64,000 nucleotides of DNA from Shigella phage ESh36, in sequence record ON528746; one strand, given 5' to 3'. Below the pieces are notes generated by a model, which made no database searches, was not told the origin of the DNA, and saw only the letters and a list, made by a program, of their open reading frames with translations. The first letter of the stretch is position 1. Every line of letters starts with the position of its first letter. Below are positions 41,577-53,658 of this stretch, piece after piece. The position numbers and the translations under genes were made by a program.

Positions 41577-41893
41577 AAGTCCTCAACTTGAAAATCGTCT
41601 TTAAACAACCGGTTAACTATATGAGCTATTATATCACCATGACACGGCTTCGGTTTACATGTGCATCCTAGCCTCATTCCACGTAAAGGCTCTAAATGTG
41701 CTTTAGTTATTTCTCCGGATTTAATTCGACGTATAAAATCTTTTTTGAATAATTCAATGGCAGCCTCCCGGCTGCCAGCATCTTTACCGACGTAATTTCC
41801 CCAAAATGTACCACGGTGAATATTAACATCAAAGTCGGATTTATATTTATTCACTACCTGACATAGACGGCCCGCGCGGTGATAATTCGTCAT
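41567..41893 (-). CDS. hypothetical protein (T4 nrdA.1 position)
   Basis: 108 aa ORF; contains [11 protein letters not shown] motif. Confidence 0.5.
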   Translation of the reverse strand: MTNYHRAGRLCQVVNKYKSDFDVNIHRGTFWGNYVGKDAGSREAAIELFKKDFIRRIKSGEITKAHLEPLRGMRLGCTCKPKPCHGDIIAHIVNRLFKDDFQVEDLCN

Positions 41894-42122
41894 ATTGTTT
41901 TTCCGTTAAAACAGTAATATCATAATAACAATCAGAAGAAGTTTTAACTGTAGAAATTTTATTATCAAAATACTCACGAGTCATTTTATGAGTATAATAT
42001 TTTTTGCCATAAATGATAATAGGCTGATTTGGTCCTGGAACTTCTAACTCGCTTGGATTAGGAAGTGTAAAAAGAACGACACCAGAAGTATCTTTAAATC
42101 GTAAAATCATATATCCTCGCAA
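41847..42122 (-). CDS. hypothetical protein (T4 nrdA.2 position)
   Basis: 91 aa ORF. Confidence 0.45.
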   Translation of the reverse strand: MRGYMILRFKDTSGVVLFTLPNPSELEVPGPNQPIIIYGKKYYTHKMTREYFDNKISTVKTSSDCYYDITVLTEKQYDELSPRGPSMSGSE

Positions 42123-42133
42123 TTAAATTAAAA

Positions 42134-42994
42134 TTATACCGCCATCTTTCCTTTAATTGGCGGGTGAGATACATAGTTGTTAAGAACAAAATCTTTAGGC
42201 CTAAGTTTAAGAACATATTTTAATTGTTCTTTAGTAGAAAGATATCGGAATTTATAAGGTAGACCGCCTATTACCAGCTCACAAAGCTCTTTAGGTTCAC
42301 GCCTCAAAATTTCTTTACATTGTTCTACATGATTCATATAGATATGAGTATTACCGCCAGAAAATATCAAATCTCCCGGAATAAGATTACACATCTTAGC
42401 TACAATATGAACTAACGTAGCATATGATGCAATATTAAATGGAAGACCGAGGAAAACATCTACCGAACGTTGATACCACTGCAAATCCAAATAGCCATTA
42501 CGCACATTAAACTGATAGAACATATGACAAGGCGGTAATGCCATATATTTAAGTTCAGCTGGATTCCATGCTGAAACAATTTGACGCCTATCATTTGGCA
42601 ATTTTTTAATACGATCAACAACTTCTATAATTTGGTCTACACCGCCAAAATCGCGCCATTGTTTTCCATAAATTGGACCAAGTTCACCGCTATGGTATCC
42701 TAAATCTTTTGCTTGATTTTCGTAATTTTCATCCCAGACTGTTTTGCCTTGAATTAATGAATCATGTTGAATTAATCGCAAATCATTGACATTTGTACTT
42801 CCCGATAAAAACCATATTAGCTCAGCAATGCAAGCTTTCCAGGCGAGCTTCTTAGTTGTTACGGCAGGAAAACCTTTAGTTAAATCCCAGCGTAATTTAG
42901 TACCGAACAAAGCAATTGTTCCTGTGCCTGTTCGGTCATCGGTTTCATAGCCATTTTCAAAAATGTCTTTAATTAAATCCTGGTATTGTTTCAT
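42134..42994 (-). CDS. td: thymidylate synthase (uninterrupted, intron-less)
   Basis: 286 aa continuous ORF with thymidylate synthase motifs (PPCH...QWYQRSVD); no intron. Confidence 0.95.
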   Translation of the reverse strand: MKQYQDLIKDIFENGYETDDRTGTGTIALFGTKLRWDLTKGFPAVTTKKLAWKACIAELIWFLSGSTNVNDLRLIQHDSLIQGKTVWDENYENQAKDLGYHSGELGPIYGKQWRDFGGVDQIIEVVDRIKKLPNDRRQIVSAWNPAELKYMALPPCHMFYQFNVRNGYLDLQWYQRSVDVFLGLPFNIASYATLVHIVAKMCNLIPGDLIFSGGNTHIYMNHVEQCKEILRREPKELCELVIGGLPYKFRYLSTKEQLKYVLKLRPKDFVLNNYVSHPPIKGKMAV

Positions 42995-43038
42995 TTAGTA
43001 CCTTATATAAATTATAATACATTTTATGAAGCTAATAA

Positions 43039-44238
<1,200 letters not shown>

Positions 44239-44248
44239 ATTATTTTCC

Positions 44249-44491
44249 TTAAACAGACTTTTTCACAATTTTCCAATCAACTTTAAACTGTTCAACATCA
44301 GAATGGTAAATCCAGAATCCTGCGCTTTCTCCATCCTCATAAAGAGGGCATCCATCACATTCATCTTCCCATCCCATATCACGCAAAAGACGTTCAGCTT
44401 TTTCAACAAGTTCAGAATTTTTACCGATGATATTAAAATACCATTTACCTCTAACTTCTGAATCTTTAATACTCTGGCGTTGTAATCTCAT
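44249..44491 (-). CDS. hypothetical protein (frd.x cluster)
   Basis: 80 aa ORF. Confidence 0.45.
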   Translation of the reverse strand: MRLQRQSIKDSEVRGKWYFNIIGKNSELVEKAERLLRDMGWEDECDGCPLYEDGESAGFWIYHSDVEQFKVDWKIVKKSV

Positions 44492-44546
44492 TTTATTCTC
44501 CTTAGTTGATAGGGTAATAGTATCACACTACTACCCTACCTGTAAA

Positions 44547-44912
44547 CTACTTTTTGAAAGTTTTTCGCAAAAGTTCAATGATTTCGTCTACATTGTTTTC
44601 GTCAACAATGCAATGAATTTTTGTTACACCAGAAACCTTGTCTTTGACTTCATCTTCTTCAGAAGTCGGTTCTTTATATTCACGGAAACAATGAAATTCA
44701 TCTTCGCAAACGTTAAAGTAAAAATGCTTTCCATTTGCGCATTCAATGTGTTTTATTACTCTAAATCCATCGGCAAAGAAAGCTTCTTTAACTTCAAACC
44801 ATCCGCCATTTTCTTGAATAATTTTAACTATTGATGAATTAGAACGTGGGCGATAACTAATAAATGTATCAATAAGTCTTGGAACAAGCTCATACTTTTT
44901 GCCAATATACAT
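44547..44912 (-). CDS. hypothetical protein (frd.x cluster)
   Basis: 121 aa ORF. Confidence 0.5.
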   Translation of the reverse strand: MYIGKKYELVPRLIDTFISYRPRSNSSIVKIIQENGGWFEVKEAFFADGFRVIKHIECANGKHFYFNVCEDEFHCFREYKEPTSEEDEVKDKVSGVTKIHCIVDENNVDEIIELLRKTFKK

Positions 44913-44956
44913 TACGGTTTCCTCATTTTGATAGGGGCTTTATAGCCCCTTGATAA

Positions 44957-45205
44957 TTATTGTTCAATCAGTCCCATGTAAAATTCTGCATCTTCAGAAT
45001 CCATACCATCACAATATTCATTAGCCATAAAGCGAGTGAGGTCTTCAAGAGGACCTTCAATAACGATTTGAATACTCCAAAACTTAGAATCTTGTACGCT
45101 TGTGATACTAAGTTCAGGATAACGATTACGAATAATTTCTTCAATATATTCAAAATCAACGATGTCAATATCAACTTTAGCCATATTATTTTCCTCTTTA
45201 ATCAT
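44957..45205 (-). CDS. hypothetical acidic protein
   Basis: 82 aa ORF directly downstream of a terminator plus early promoter module. Confidence 0.5.
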   Translation of the reverse strand: MIKEENNMAKVDIDIVDFEYIEEIIRNRYPELSITSVQDSKFWSIQIVIEGPLEDLTRFMANEYCDGMDSEDAEFYMGLIEQ

Positions 45206-45227
45206 CAGCAGTATTGCCGATAGTTGT

Positions 45228-45257
45228 ATAATACCACAGTTCTTATAGTATGTAAAC
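45228..45257 (-). promoter_or_regulatory. early promoter downstream of the gene 32 terminator
   Basis: Minus strand GTTTAC-N18-TATTAT with A/T-rich upstream element AAAAATTTTTCACAAAACG. Confidence 0.6.
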
Positions 45258-45274
45258 CGTTTTGTGAAAAATTT

Positions 45275-45306
45275 TTGAAATAAAAAAGGGGACCTCTAGG
45301 GTCCCC
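45275..45306 (-). terminator. rho-independent terminator after gene 32
   Basis: GGGGACC-CTAGA-GGTCCCC on minus strand followed by TTTTTTATTTC. Confidence 0.75.
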
Positions 45307-45328
45307 AATTAATTAGTAATATAATCTA

Positions 45329-46237
45329 TTAAAGGTCATTCAAAAGGTCATCCAGGTCCGTGTCATCAGCACTAGATGAACTGCCAGAGCTTGAGCTCAT
45401 AAAATCATCTTCAGTTTTTGTATTAAAGTCATCAACATTGAATGCATCCAAATCATCAGCAACTTTATCAGCTTTCTTAGCGGCAGTCGCTGCGGCACCA
45501 CCCATAGCAGCAGTTCCCATAACTTGACTGAACTTAGTGCTCAGTTCTTCAAACGATTTGAATTTATCTTTAGAAGTCATTTCAGAAAGGTCAACCATTT
45601 GTTCAAACAGTTCTTTCTGGAAAGATTCATCATCAATATTTGGAATCGCAGATTGATTCAGGAATTTAGATTCGTCGTAGTTACTAAAACCAGAAACTTG
45701 TTTAACTTTCAGTACAAAGTTAGCACCTTCCCACGGACAAGTTACATCAACCGGAGTTTCACCCATTTCAACATCAACTGCAATCATTGCATTGATTTTA
45801 TCCCAGATTTTCTTACCGAAGCGGTATTTAAATACTTTACCTTCATTTTCTGGAGCAGCTGGGTCTTTTACTACAAGAATGTTAGCCCAGTAAGAAGTTT
45901 TACGTTTAACAAGACCGTATTCTTTATTGTCAGTATTGTACAAATCATTTTTACTGATGTACTGACATACTGGACAAGAATCGTAATCACCGTGGGTAGA
46001 TGAACAGTTTTCAATATACCATTTACCATTTTTCTTGAAACCGTGATTTACAAGAATTGCGAATGGTGCTTGTTCATCATTTTTAGACGGAAGAAAACGA
46101 ATTACTGCTTGACCGTTACCCGCATTGTCGAGTTTCAGTTTCCACTCGCCTTTATCTTCAGAAGAAAAACCACCTTTATTTCCAGCCAGTTTAGCCATTT
46201 GTGCAGCGAGTTCAGCAGTAGATTTACGTTTAAACAT
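45329..46237 (-). CDS. 32: single-stranded DNA-binding protein gp32
   Basis: 302 aa; [17 protein letters not shown]...; acidic Ser/Asp-rich C-terminal tail; upstream pseudoknot operator. Confidence 0.95.
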   Translation of the reverse strand: MFKRKSTAELAAQMAKLAGNKGGFSSEDKGEWKLKLDNAGNGQAVIRFLPSKNDEQAPFAILVNHGFKKNGKWYIENCSSTHGDYDSCPVCQYISKNDLYNTDNKEYGLVKRKTSYWANILVVKDPAAPENEGKVFKYRFGKKIWDKINAMIAVDVEMGETPVDVTCPWEGANFVLKVKQVSGFSNYDESKFLNQSAIPNIDDESFQKELFEQMVDLSEMTSKDKFKSFEELSTKFSQVMGTAAMGGAAATAAKKADKVADDLDAFNVDDFNTKTEDDFMSSSSGSSSSADDTDLDDLLNDL

Positions 46238-46303
46238 TTTTATTTCCTTTTTAATTTAATTAACAGTTGGTGCTATGACGATGTATGACCTCATAGCTGG
46301 TCA
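46238..46303 (-). promoter_or_regulatory. gene 32 translational operator (pseudoknot plus A/U-rich leader)
   Basis: mRNA reads TGACC-A-GCTATGA-GGTCA-TACATCG-TCATAGC (interleaved stems of an H-type pseudoknot) followed by an unstructured A/T-rich stretch up to the ATG. Confidence 0.7.
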
Positions 46304-46320
46304 GTGAGATAATTATAATT

Positions 46321-46328
46321 TATTTATA
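46321..46328 (-). promoter_or_regulatory. late-promoter-like TATAAATA upstream of gene 32
   Basis: TATAAATA on minus strand about 85 nt upstream of the gene 32 ATG. Confidence 0.4.
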
Positions 46329-46336
46329 ATAAGCAA

Positions 46337-46990
46337 TTAATACTTACAAGATTTCACAGTTTCAATAAAAACTTTTTTAGCTTCCTGTGAATCAATATTT
46401 AAAATTTTTCTATAAGCCTTTAATTTTATAGAATAATTATTCCAGACTAAATTATCAGTCTGTTCATCATGTTTATCGATTATATTTAAAAACGAATCAA
46501 GCAAGATAAACGTCTCAAACGAAATTATATTCGATTGAAGTAGTTTAAAAATATAACTTGATTGGACTTTTGGATTATATTCAAAGATTTCTTTAAAAGC
46601 AGAAACTTCAACTTTTTTACTAAAATAATAAATGTTGCGAATATCTTCTTCAAACTTAAATTTAATTTGCTTTAAGCGTCCGATATATTCACGATAAAAC
46701 ACAAGTGCATCAGCGTCAGAGATGTCACCAATCCAAGCATCCTGGTTAGCAACCAGATTGCTTATAAAGATTAAAGCAAGTTCCTTTAATTTATATTTTT
46801 CTGATAACTTCTGGAAAAAATACTTATCCCTTCGCTTTTGATAAGCGGCATCAGACACCCGCATGCACCAATTATACTTAATTACATCATACTTTCCATT
46901 CATATGTTGTTTTATCATTAAGTATAATTTATAAACTGATTTACCATCAATGTATCTTTCACCACCAGCAGGCATGCGGAGTTTAATCAT
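46337..46990 (-). CDS. 59: helicase loader gp59
   Basis: 217 aa; T4 gp59 length; directly follows gene 33 and precedes 32, with no segG-like ORF between 32 and 59. Confidence 0.85.
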   Translation of the reverse strand: MIKLRMPAGGERYIDGKSVYKLYLMIKQHMNGKYDVIKYNWCMRVSDAAYQKRRDKYFFQKLSEKYKLKELALIFISNLVANQDAWIGDISDADALVFYREYIGRLKQIKFKFEEDIRNIYYFSKKVEVSAFKEIFEYNPKVQSSYIFKLLQSNIISFETFILLDSFLNIIDKHDEQTDNLVWNNYSIKLKAYRKILNIDSQEAKKVFIETVKSCKY

Positions 46991-47325
46991 AGTAGAAAAT
47001 CTAATGTATTAGTTTTTTCACAACGAACAACAGAAGGACGTAAAAGATTTTCGTCAATAGCTTCTGACTGAATTTTTTCAATTATACCCGAAGGAATAAA
47101 TTTAGCAAATTGAGTTTCAGGAATAGAGTTTTCTTCCAAAAATGCTGTTGTAGCTTCAAGATAACTCATTCCAAACTCTTCTACCATTTTTTCAATAATA
47201 AATCCGTTTTCTTGACGATCAAGAAGCTTTGCAATTTCATCCTTTTCTTTCTTAATTGAAAGTTCTTTTTCTGAAAGACCGGTCTCATCGACCGGACGAA
47301 TATCATTTAGAGAAAACTGTGTCAT
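46987..47325 (-). CDS. 33: late transcription co-activator gp33
   Basis: 112 aa from MTQFSLNDIRPVDETGLSEKELSIKKEKDE... Confidence 0.85.
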   Translation of the reverse strand: MTQFSLNDIRPVDETGLSEKELSIKKEKDEIAKLLDRQENGFIIEKMVEEFGMSYLEATTAFLEENSIPETQFAKFIPSGIIEKIQSEAIDENLLRPSVVRCEKTNTLDFLL

Positions 47326-47572
47326 AAAGTTCAACTACCTCTTCAGTTTCAGCTTCAAACACATCACGATTATCTTTATGATACAAAGCTAATAGACGAT
47401 TAAACATCTTACCATCAACGCCAAGTTCATCTTTGGCACGAATTCGAATATCTTTAATCAGTTCATTATAACCGGAAATTTTCAGTTTATGATCAGATGC
47501 TTCTTTAATAAATTTAGCCAAGTCTTCGCCGTGGATAGCTTCATCAAATTCAACCATTTCTTTTTTAGCCAT
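47303..47572 (-). CDS. dsbA: double-stranded DNA-binding protein DsbA
   Basis: 89 aa; position between rnh and 33. Confidence 0.75.
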   Translation of the reverse strand: MAKKEMVEFDEAIHGEDLAKFIKEASDHKLKISGYNELIKDIRIRAKDELGVDGKMFNRLLALYHKDNRDVFEAETEEVVELYDTVFSK

Positions 47573-47580
47573 TATTCACC

Positions 47581-48498
47581 TCAAAATTCATTAATGCTAT
47601 TAGTTAATTTAGAAAGACCCGCTTTTACAAAATATGAATAAATTTTGCCACGCGGTGGTAATTTATATGAATTATAGTAATTCACAATGTTTGAAGCAAT
47701 ATTATCAGGAATATAATCAAAATCAATTAGAACTAAATTTTCTTTATAACGATTATATTCAGATTCTGTGAGAAGCACCTTAGCTTGCTCACGGTCATTA
47801 GCAATAGCTTCGACAATAGAGGTTTTCATTGAAGGAGTTCGTTCACCTTCAACTCTCGTAAACCAAAAGTCAGATCGTACTTTAACTGAAGCAACGTTAT
47901 CCTTTTTGTCGCCTTTAAGGATTTTAGTCATACAGTCAATTTCAGCTGAACCGCTTTTAATTTTAACCCATTTCTTGTGCATCGGTGACCATTGCTTAAC
48001 ATTTGGGTATTTGTGAAGTTGAGTAAAGTCACCATCCGACGAAATGATTAAAATCTTATGTCCTTCTAAAGAGAACTTTTTAACAAGAACAGCAATGTGG
48101 TCATCTGCTTCATACTTATCAATATCCATAACAATGTATGGCATATAAGCTTTCAATTCATCTATAACTTTATGACTGGATTCAAAATAACCTTCCCAGT
48201 CCCAAGTAGATTCTTCTCGTGCTTTTCCACGGTTTTTCTTATAATAATAAGCGAAATCACGACGCCAGTATCCAGATTTCGCGTTATCAATACACAGTAC
48301 AATTTTAGTGTATCCAAGCGTTTTTGCTTTTTTGACATTAAACTTAATTGAGTTCAATATCAAATGACGAACCATTGATAAATTAATTTTTTCTTTATCT
48401 GGGAAGTTTACTAAAGCAGTTGAAAGAGCAATTTGACTAAAGTCAATAAAGCAAATTCCTTCTTTGTAATCTTCATCCAGCATCATTTCTAAATCCAT
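47581..48498 (-). CDS. rnh: RNase H (5'-3' exonuclease / flap endonuclease)
   Basis: 305 aa from MDLEMMLDEDYKEGICFIDFSQIALSTALVNF...; GAGG upstream of ATG; early promoter GTTTAC-N18-TATAAT upstream. Confidence 0.9.
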   Translation of the reverse strand: MDLEMMLDEDYKEGICFIDFSQIALSTALVNFPDKEKINLSMVRHLILNSIKFNVKKAKTLGYTKIVLCIDNAKSGYWRRDFAYYYKKNRGKAREESTWDWEGYFESSHKVIDELKAYMPYIVMDIDKYEADDHIAVLVKKFSLEGHKILIISSDGDFTQLHKYPNVKQWSPMHKKWVKIKSGSAEIDCMTKILKGDKKDNVASVKVRSDFWFTRVEGERTPSMKTSIVEAIANDREQAKVLLTESEYNRYKENLVLIDFDYIPDNIASNIVNYYNSYKLPPRGKIYSYFVKAGLSKLTNSINEF

Positions 48499-48527
48499 AT
48501 GAACCTCGTTCAATTAGTGAGATTTCT

Positions 48528-48557
48528 ATTATATACTATCTAAATCTTAAAGTAAAC
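48528..48557 (-). promoter_or_regulatory. early promoter for rnh
   Basis: Minus strand GTTTAC-N18-TATAAT about 30 nt upstream of the rnh ATG. Confidence 0.6.
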
Positions 48558-48560
48558 AGG

Positions 48561-48568
48561 TATAAATA
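48561..48568 (+). promoter_or_regulatory. late promoter (TATAAATA) for gene 34
   Basis: Exact TATAAATA 35 nt upstream of the gene 34 ATG. Confidence 0.7.
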
Positions 48569-48602
48569 CTTATTATTGAAAACACAATAGGAGCCCGGGA
48601 GA

Positions 48603-51600
48603 ATGGCCGAGATTAAAAGAAAGTTCAGAGCAGAAGATGGTCTGGACGCAGGTGGCGATAAAATAATCAACGTAGCTTTAGCTGATCGTACCGTAGGAAC
48701 TGACGGTGTTAACGTTGATTACTTAATTCAAGAAAACACAGTTCAACAATATGATCCAACTCGTGGATATTTAAAAGATTTTGTAATCATTTATAATAAT
48801 CGTTTTTGGGCAGCAACGGATGATATTCCAAAACCTGCTGGAAATTTTAATAGAATTCGTTGGAAAGCATTACGTACTGATGCTGTATATACAACCGTAT
48901 CATCTGGACCATATCAATTAAAATCCGGAGAAGCAATTTCAGTAGATACATCAGTTGGCAATGACATTGAGTTTACTTTACCACCTTCTCCGCTTGATGG
49001 AGAAACCGTAATAATTCAAGATATCGGTGGAAAACCTGGCATAAATCAGGTTAAAATAAATTCTTCAAATCAGAGTATTGTCAATTTTAGAGGTGAACAG
49101 GTACGTTCAGTTTTAATGACTCATCCAAAGTCACAGATGGTATTCATTTTTAATAATCGTTTGTGGCAAATGTATATTGCTGATTATAGCAGAGAAGCTG
49201 CGATTGTTACTCCATCGACTGCGTATCAAGCACAATCTAATGATTTTATCGTACGTAGATTTACTTCTGCTGCACCAATTAATGTTAAACTTCCGAGATT
49301 TGCTAATCATGGCGATATTATTAATTTCGTTGATTTAGATAAACTGAATCCACTTTATCATACAATTGTTACAACATATGATGAAACCACTTCAGTACAA
49401 GAAGTTGGAACTCATTCCATTGAAGGCCGTACAACGATTGACGGTTTCTTGATGTTTGATGATAATGAGAAATTGTGGAGATTGTTTGACGGGGATAGTA
49501 AAGCGCGTTTACGCATTATAACGACTAATTCTAATATTCGTCCAAATGAAGAAGTTATGGTATTTGGTGCGAATAACGGAACAACTCAGACAATTGAACT
49601 TCAGCTTCCGACTGATATTTCTGTTGGTGATACTGTTAAAATTTCCATGAATTACATGAGAAAAGGACAAACAGTTAAAATCAAAGCTGCCGGTGAAGAT
49701 AAAATTGCTTCTTCAGTTCAATTGCTGCAATTCCCAAAACGTTCAGAATATCCGCCTGAAACTAAATGGGTAACTGTTCAAGAATTAGTTTTTAATGGCG
49801 AAACTAATTATGTTCCAGTTTTACAGCTTGCTTATATAGAAGATTCTGATGGAAAATACTGGGTTGTACAACAAAACGTTCCAACCGTAGAAAGAGTTGA
49901 TTCTTTAAATGATTCTACTAGAGCAAGATTAGGCGTAATTGCTTTAGCTACACAGGCTCAAGCTAACGTCGATTTAGAAAATTCTCCACAAAAAGAATTA
50001 GCAATTACTCCAGAAACATTAGCTAACCGTACTGCTACAGAAACTCGTAGAGGTATCGCAAGAATAGCAACTACTGCTCAAGTGAATCAGAACACCACAT
50101 TCTCTTTTGCTGATGATATTATCATCACTCCTAAAAAGCTGAATGAAAGAACTGCTACAGAAACTCGCAGAGGTGTTGCAGAAATTGCTACTCAGCAAGA
50201 AACAAACGCAGGAACAGATGATACAACCATCATTACTCCTAAAAAGCTTCAAGCTCGTCAAGGTTCTGAATCATTATCTGGTATTGTAACTTTTGTATCT
50301 ACTGCAGGTGCTACTCCAGCTTCTAGCCGTGAATTAAATGGTACGAATGTTTATAATAAAAACACTAATAATTTAGTTGTTTCGCCAAAAGCTTTGGATC
50401 AATATAAAGCTACTCCAACGCAACAAGGCGCAGTAATTTTAGCAGTTGAAAGTGAAGTAATTGCTGGACAAAGCCAAGAAGGATGGGCAAATGCGGTTGT
50501 AACGCCAGAAACGTTACATAAAAAGACATCAACTGATGCAAGAATTGGTTTAATTGAAATTGCTACACAAAGTGAAGTTAATACAGGAACTGATTATACT
50601 CGTGCAGTCACTCCTAAAACTTTAAATGACCGTAGAGCAACTGAAAGTTTAAGTGGTATAGCTGAAATTGCTACGCAAGTTGAATTCGACGCAGGCGTCG
50701 ACGATACTCGTATCTCTACACCATTAAAAATTAAAACCAGATTTAATAGTACTGATCGTACTTCTGTTGTTGCTCTATCTGGATTAGTTGAATCAGGAAC
50801 TCTCTGGGACCATTATACCCTTAATATTCTTGAAGCAAATGAGACACAGCGTGGTACACTTCGTGTGGCTACACAAGTTGAAGCTGCTGCAGGAACATTA
50901 GATAATGTTCTAATAACTCCTAAAAAGCTTTTAGGTACTAAATCTACTGAAGCGCAAGAAGGCGTTATTAAAGTTGCAACTCAATCTGAAACTGTAGCTG
51001 GTACATCATCTAATACTGCTGTATCTCCAAAGAATTTAAAATGGATCGTGCAGAGTGAACCTACTTGGGCAGCTACTACTACAGTAAGAGGCTTTGTTAA
51101 AACTTCATCTGGTTCAATTACATTCGTTGGTAATGATACAGCTGGTTCTACGCAGGACTTAGAGCTATATGAGAAAAATAGCTATGCAGTATCACCATAT
51201 GAATTAAACCGTGTATTAGCAAATTATTTGCCGTTAAAAGCAAAAGCCGTAGATAGTAATTTACTGGATGGTCTAGATTCATCTCAGTTCATTCGTAGGG
51301 ATATTGCGCAGACAGTTAATGGTTCACTAACCTTAACCCAACAAACGAATCTGAGTGCCCCTCTTGTATCATCTAGTACTGCTACGTTCGGTGGATCAGT
51401 TTCAGCAAATAGTACATTAACTATTTCTAATACTGGAACGGCAACTCGTCTGATTTTTGAGAAAGGACCTCAAACTGGAACAAACCCAGCTCAAACGATG
51501 ACAGTCAGAGTGTGGGGAAATCAATTTAGTGGGGAATCAGACACAACACGTTCTACCGTATTTGAAGTTAGTGATGAAACGTCTAGTCATTTTTATTCTC

Positions 51601-52472
51601 AGCGTAATAAAGCTGGAAATATAACATTTAATATCAACGGTACAGTAACACCGATAAATGTTAATGCTTCAGGAACATTGAATGCAAATGGCGTTGCAAC
51701 ATTCGGTAGTTCAGTTACTGCTAATGGCGAATTTATCAGTAAATCATCGAATGCTTTTAGAGCAATAAACGGTGATTATGGATTCTTTATTCGTAATGAT
51801 GGTGCTAACACCTATTTTATGCTTACTGCATCTGGCGATCAGACCGGTGGATTTAATGGATTACGTCCTTTAACTATTAATAATGCATCTGGTCAAGTAA
51901 CGATTGGTGAAAGCTTAATCATTGCCAAAGGTGCTACTATAAGTTCAGGTGGTTTAACTGTTAACTCGAGAATTCGTTCTCAGGGTACTAAAACAGCTGA
52001 TTTATATACCCGTGCGCCAACATCTGATACTGTAGGATTCTGGTCAATCGATATTAACGATTCAGCCACTTATAACCAGTTCCCGGGTTATTTTAAGATG
52101 GTTGAAAAAACTAATGAAGTGACTGGGCTTCCATACTTAGAACGTGGCGAAGAAGTTAAATCTCCTGGTACATTGACTCAGTTTGGTAACACGCTTGATT
52201 CACTTTACCAAGATTGGATTACTTATCCAACGACTCCAGAAGCACGTACCACTCGCTGGACACGTACATGGCAGAAAACCAAAAACTCTTGGTCAAGTTT
52301 TGTTCAGGTATTTGACGGAGGTAACCCTCCTCAACCTTCAGATATAGGAGCGATCCCATCTGATAATGGAATAATAGGTAATCTTACTATTCGCGATTTC
52401 TTGCGAATTGGTAATGTTCGCATTATTCCTGACCCAGTGAATAAAACGGTTAAATTTGAATGGGTTGAATAA
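48603..52472 (+). CDS. 34: long tail fibre proximal subunit gp34
   Basis: 1289 aa; late promoter TATAAATA at 48561-48568; T4 gp34 length. Confidence 0.9.
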   Translation: MAEIKRKFRAEDGLDAGGDKIINVALADRTVGTDGVNVDYLIQENTVQQYDPTRGYLKDFVIIYNNRFWAATDDIPKPAGNFNRIRWKALRTDAVYTTVSSGPYQLKSGEAISVDTSVGNDIEFTLPPSPLDGETVIIQDIGGKPGINQVKINSSNQSIVNFRGEQVRSVLMTHPKSQMVFIFNNRLWQMYIADYSREAAIVTPSTAYQAQSNDFIVRRFTSAAPINVKLPRFANHGDIINFVDLDKLNPLYHTIVTTYDETTSVQEVGTHSIEGRTTIDGFLMFDDNEKLWRLFDGDSKARLRIITTNSNIRPNEEVMVFGANNGTTQTIELQLPTDISVGDTVKISMNYMRKGQTVKIKAAGEDKIASSVQLLQFPKRSEYPPETKWVTVQELVFNGETNYVPVLQLAYIEDSDGKYWVVQQNVPTVERVDSLNDSTRARLGVIALATQAQANVDLENSPQKELAITPETLANRTATETRRGIARIATTAQVNQNTTFSFADDIIITPKKLNERTATETRRGVAEIATQQETNAGTDDTTIITPKKLQARQGSESLSGIVTFVSTAGATPASSRELNGTNVYNKNTNNLVVSPKALDQYKATPTQQGAVILAVESEVIAGQSQEGWANAVVTPETLHKKTSTDARIGLIEIATQSEVNTGTDYTRAVTPKTLNDRRATESLSGIAEIATQVEFDAGVDDTRISTPLKIKTRFNSTDRTSVVALSGLVESGTLWDHYTLNILEANETQRGTLRVATQVEAAAGTLDNVLITPKKLLGTKSTEAQEGVIKVATQSETVAGTSSNTAVSPKNLKWIVQSEPTWAATTTVRGFVKTSSGSITFVGNDTAGSTQDLELYEKNSYAVSPYELNRVLANYLPLKAKAVDSNLLDGLDSSQFIRRDIAQTVNGSLTLTQQTNLSAPLVSSSTATFGGSVSANSTLTISNTGTATRLIFEKGPQTGTNPAQTMTVRVWGNQFSGESDTTRSTVFEVSDETSSHFYSQRNKAGNITFNINGTVTPINVNASGTLNANGVATFGSSVTANGEFISKSSNAFRAINGDYGFFIRNDGANTYFMLTASGDQTGGFNGLRPLTINNASGQVTIGESLIIAKGATISSGGLTVNSRIRSQGTKTADLYTRAPTSDTVGFWSIDINDSATYNQFPGYFKMVEKTNEVTGLPYLERGEEVKSPGTLTQFGNTLDSLYQDWITYPTTPEARTTRWTRTWQKTKNSWSSFVQVFDGGNPPQPSDIGAIPSDNGIIGNLTIRDFLRIGNVRIIPDPVNKTVKFEWVE

Positions 52473-52480
52473 GAGGTATT

Positions 52481-53596
52481 ATGGAAAAATTTATGGCAGA
52501 GTTTGGACAAGGATATGTCCAAACGCCATTTTTATCGGAAAGCAATTCAGTAAGATATAAAATAAGCATAGCGGGTTCTTGCCCGCTTTCTACTGCGGGG
52601 CCATATGTTAAATTTCAGGATAGTCCCGTTGGAAATCAAACATTTAGTGCAGGTCTTCATTTAAGAGTTTTTGACCCTTCCACCGGAGCATTAGTTGATA
52701 GTAAGTCATATGCTTTTTCGACTTCAAATGATACAACATCTGCTGCTTTTGTTAGTTTCATGAATTCTTTGTCAAACAATAGACTTGTTGCTATATTAAC
52801 TAGCGGAAAGGTTAATTTTCCTCCTGAAGTGGTATCTTGGTTAAGGGGAGCAGGAACTTCAGTTTTTCCATCAGATTCAGTATTGTCAAGATTTGACGTA
52901 TCATATGCTGCTTTTTATACTTCTTCTAAAAGAGCTATTGCATTAGAGCATGTTAAACTAAGTAATAGAAAAAGCACAGATGATTATCAAACTATTTTAG
53001 ATGTTGTATTTGATAGTTTAGAAGACGTCGGAGCTACAGGATTTCCTAAAAGAACATACGAAAGCGTTGAGCAATTTATGTCTGTGGTTGGTGGAACTAA
53101 TAACGAAATTGCGCGATTGCCAACTTCAGCTGCTATAAGTAAACTTTCTGACTACAATTTAATTCCTGGTGATGTTCTTTATCTTAAAGCACAACTATAT
53201 GCTGATGCTGATTTACTTGATCTTGGAACTACAAACATATCCATTCGTTTTTATGATGCATCAAATGGATATATTTCCTCTACCCAAGCTGAGTTTACTG
53301 GGCAAGCTGGGTCTTGGGAATTAAAAGAAGATTATGTAGTTGTTCCTGAAAATGCAGTAGGATTTACGATATATGCACAAAGAACTGCTCAAGCAGGTCA
53401 AGGCGGCATGAGAAATTTAAGCTTTTCTGAAGTATCAAGAAATGGCGGCATTTCAAAACCTGCCGAATTTGGCGTCAACGGTATTCGCGTTAATTATGTC
53501 TGTGAATCGGCTTCACCTCCAGATATAATGGTACTTCCTACACAAGCCTCTTCTAAAACTGGCAAAGTGTTTGGGCAAGAATTTAGAGAAGTTTAA
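52481..53596 (+). CDS. 35: long tail fibre hinge protein gp35
   Basis: 371 aa; position after 34. Confidence 0.85.
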   Translation: MEKFMAEFGQGYVQTPFLSESNSVRYKISIAGSCPLSTAGPYVKFQDSPVGNQTFSAGLHLRVFDPSTGALVDSKSYAFSTSNDTTSAAFVSFMNSLSNNRLVAILTSGKVNFPPEVVSWLRGAGTSVFPSDSVLSRFDVSYAAFYTSSKRAIALEHVKLSNRKSTDDYQTILDVVFDSLEDVGATGFPKRTYESVEQFMSVVGGTNNEIARLPTSAAISKLSDYNLIPGDVLYLKAQLYADADLLDLGTTNISIRFYDASNGYISSTQAEFTGQAGSWELKEDYVVVPENAVGFTIYAQRTAQAGQGGMRNLSFSEVSRNGGISKPAEFGVNGIRVNYVCESASPPDIMVLPTQASSKTGKVFGQEFREV

Positions 53597-53600
53597 ACTG

Positions 53601-53627
53601 AGGGAGCCTTCGGGTTCCCTTTTTCTT
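53601..53627 (+). terminator. terminator after gene 35
   Basis: AGGGAGCC-TTCG-GGTTCCCT hairpin (one G-U pair) followed by TTTTTCTTT. Confidence 0.7.
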
Positions 53628-53635
53628 TATAAATA
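53628..53635 (+). promoter_or_regulatory. late promoter (TATAAATA) for gene 36
   Basis: Exact TATAAATA 24 nt upstream of the gene 36 ATG, immediately after the gene 35 terminator. Confidence 0.7.
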
Positions 53636-53658
53636 ATATTAAAATAAAGGGGCATATA

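Noticed and set aside
42134-42994. Expected td group I intron with I-TevI
   Set aside because: td is a single uninterrupted 286-codon ORF; no intron present
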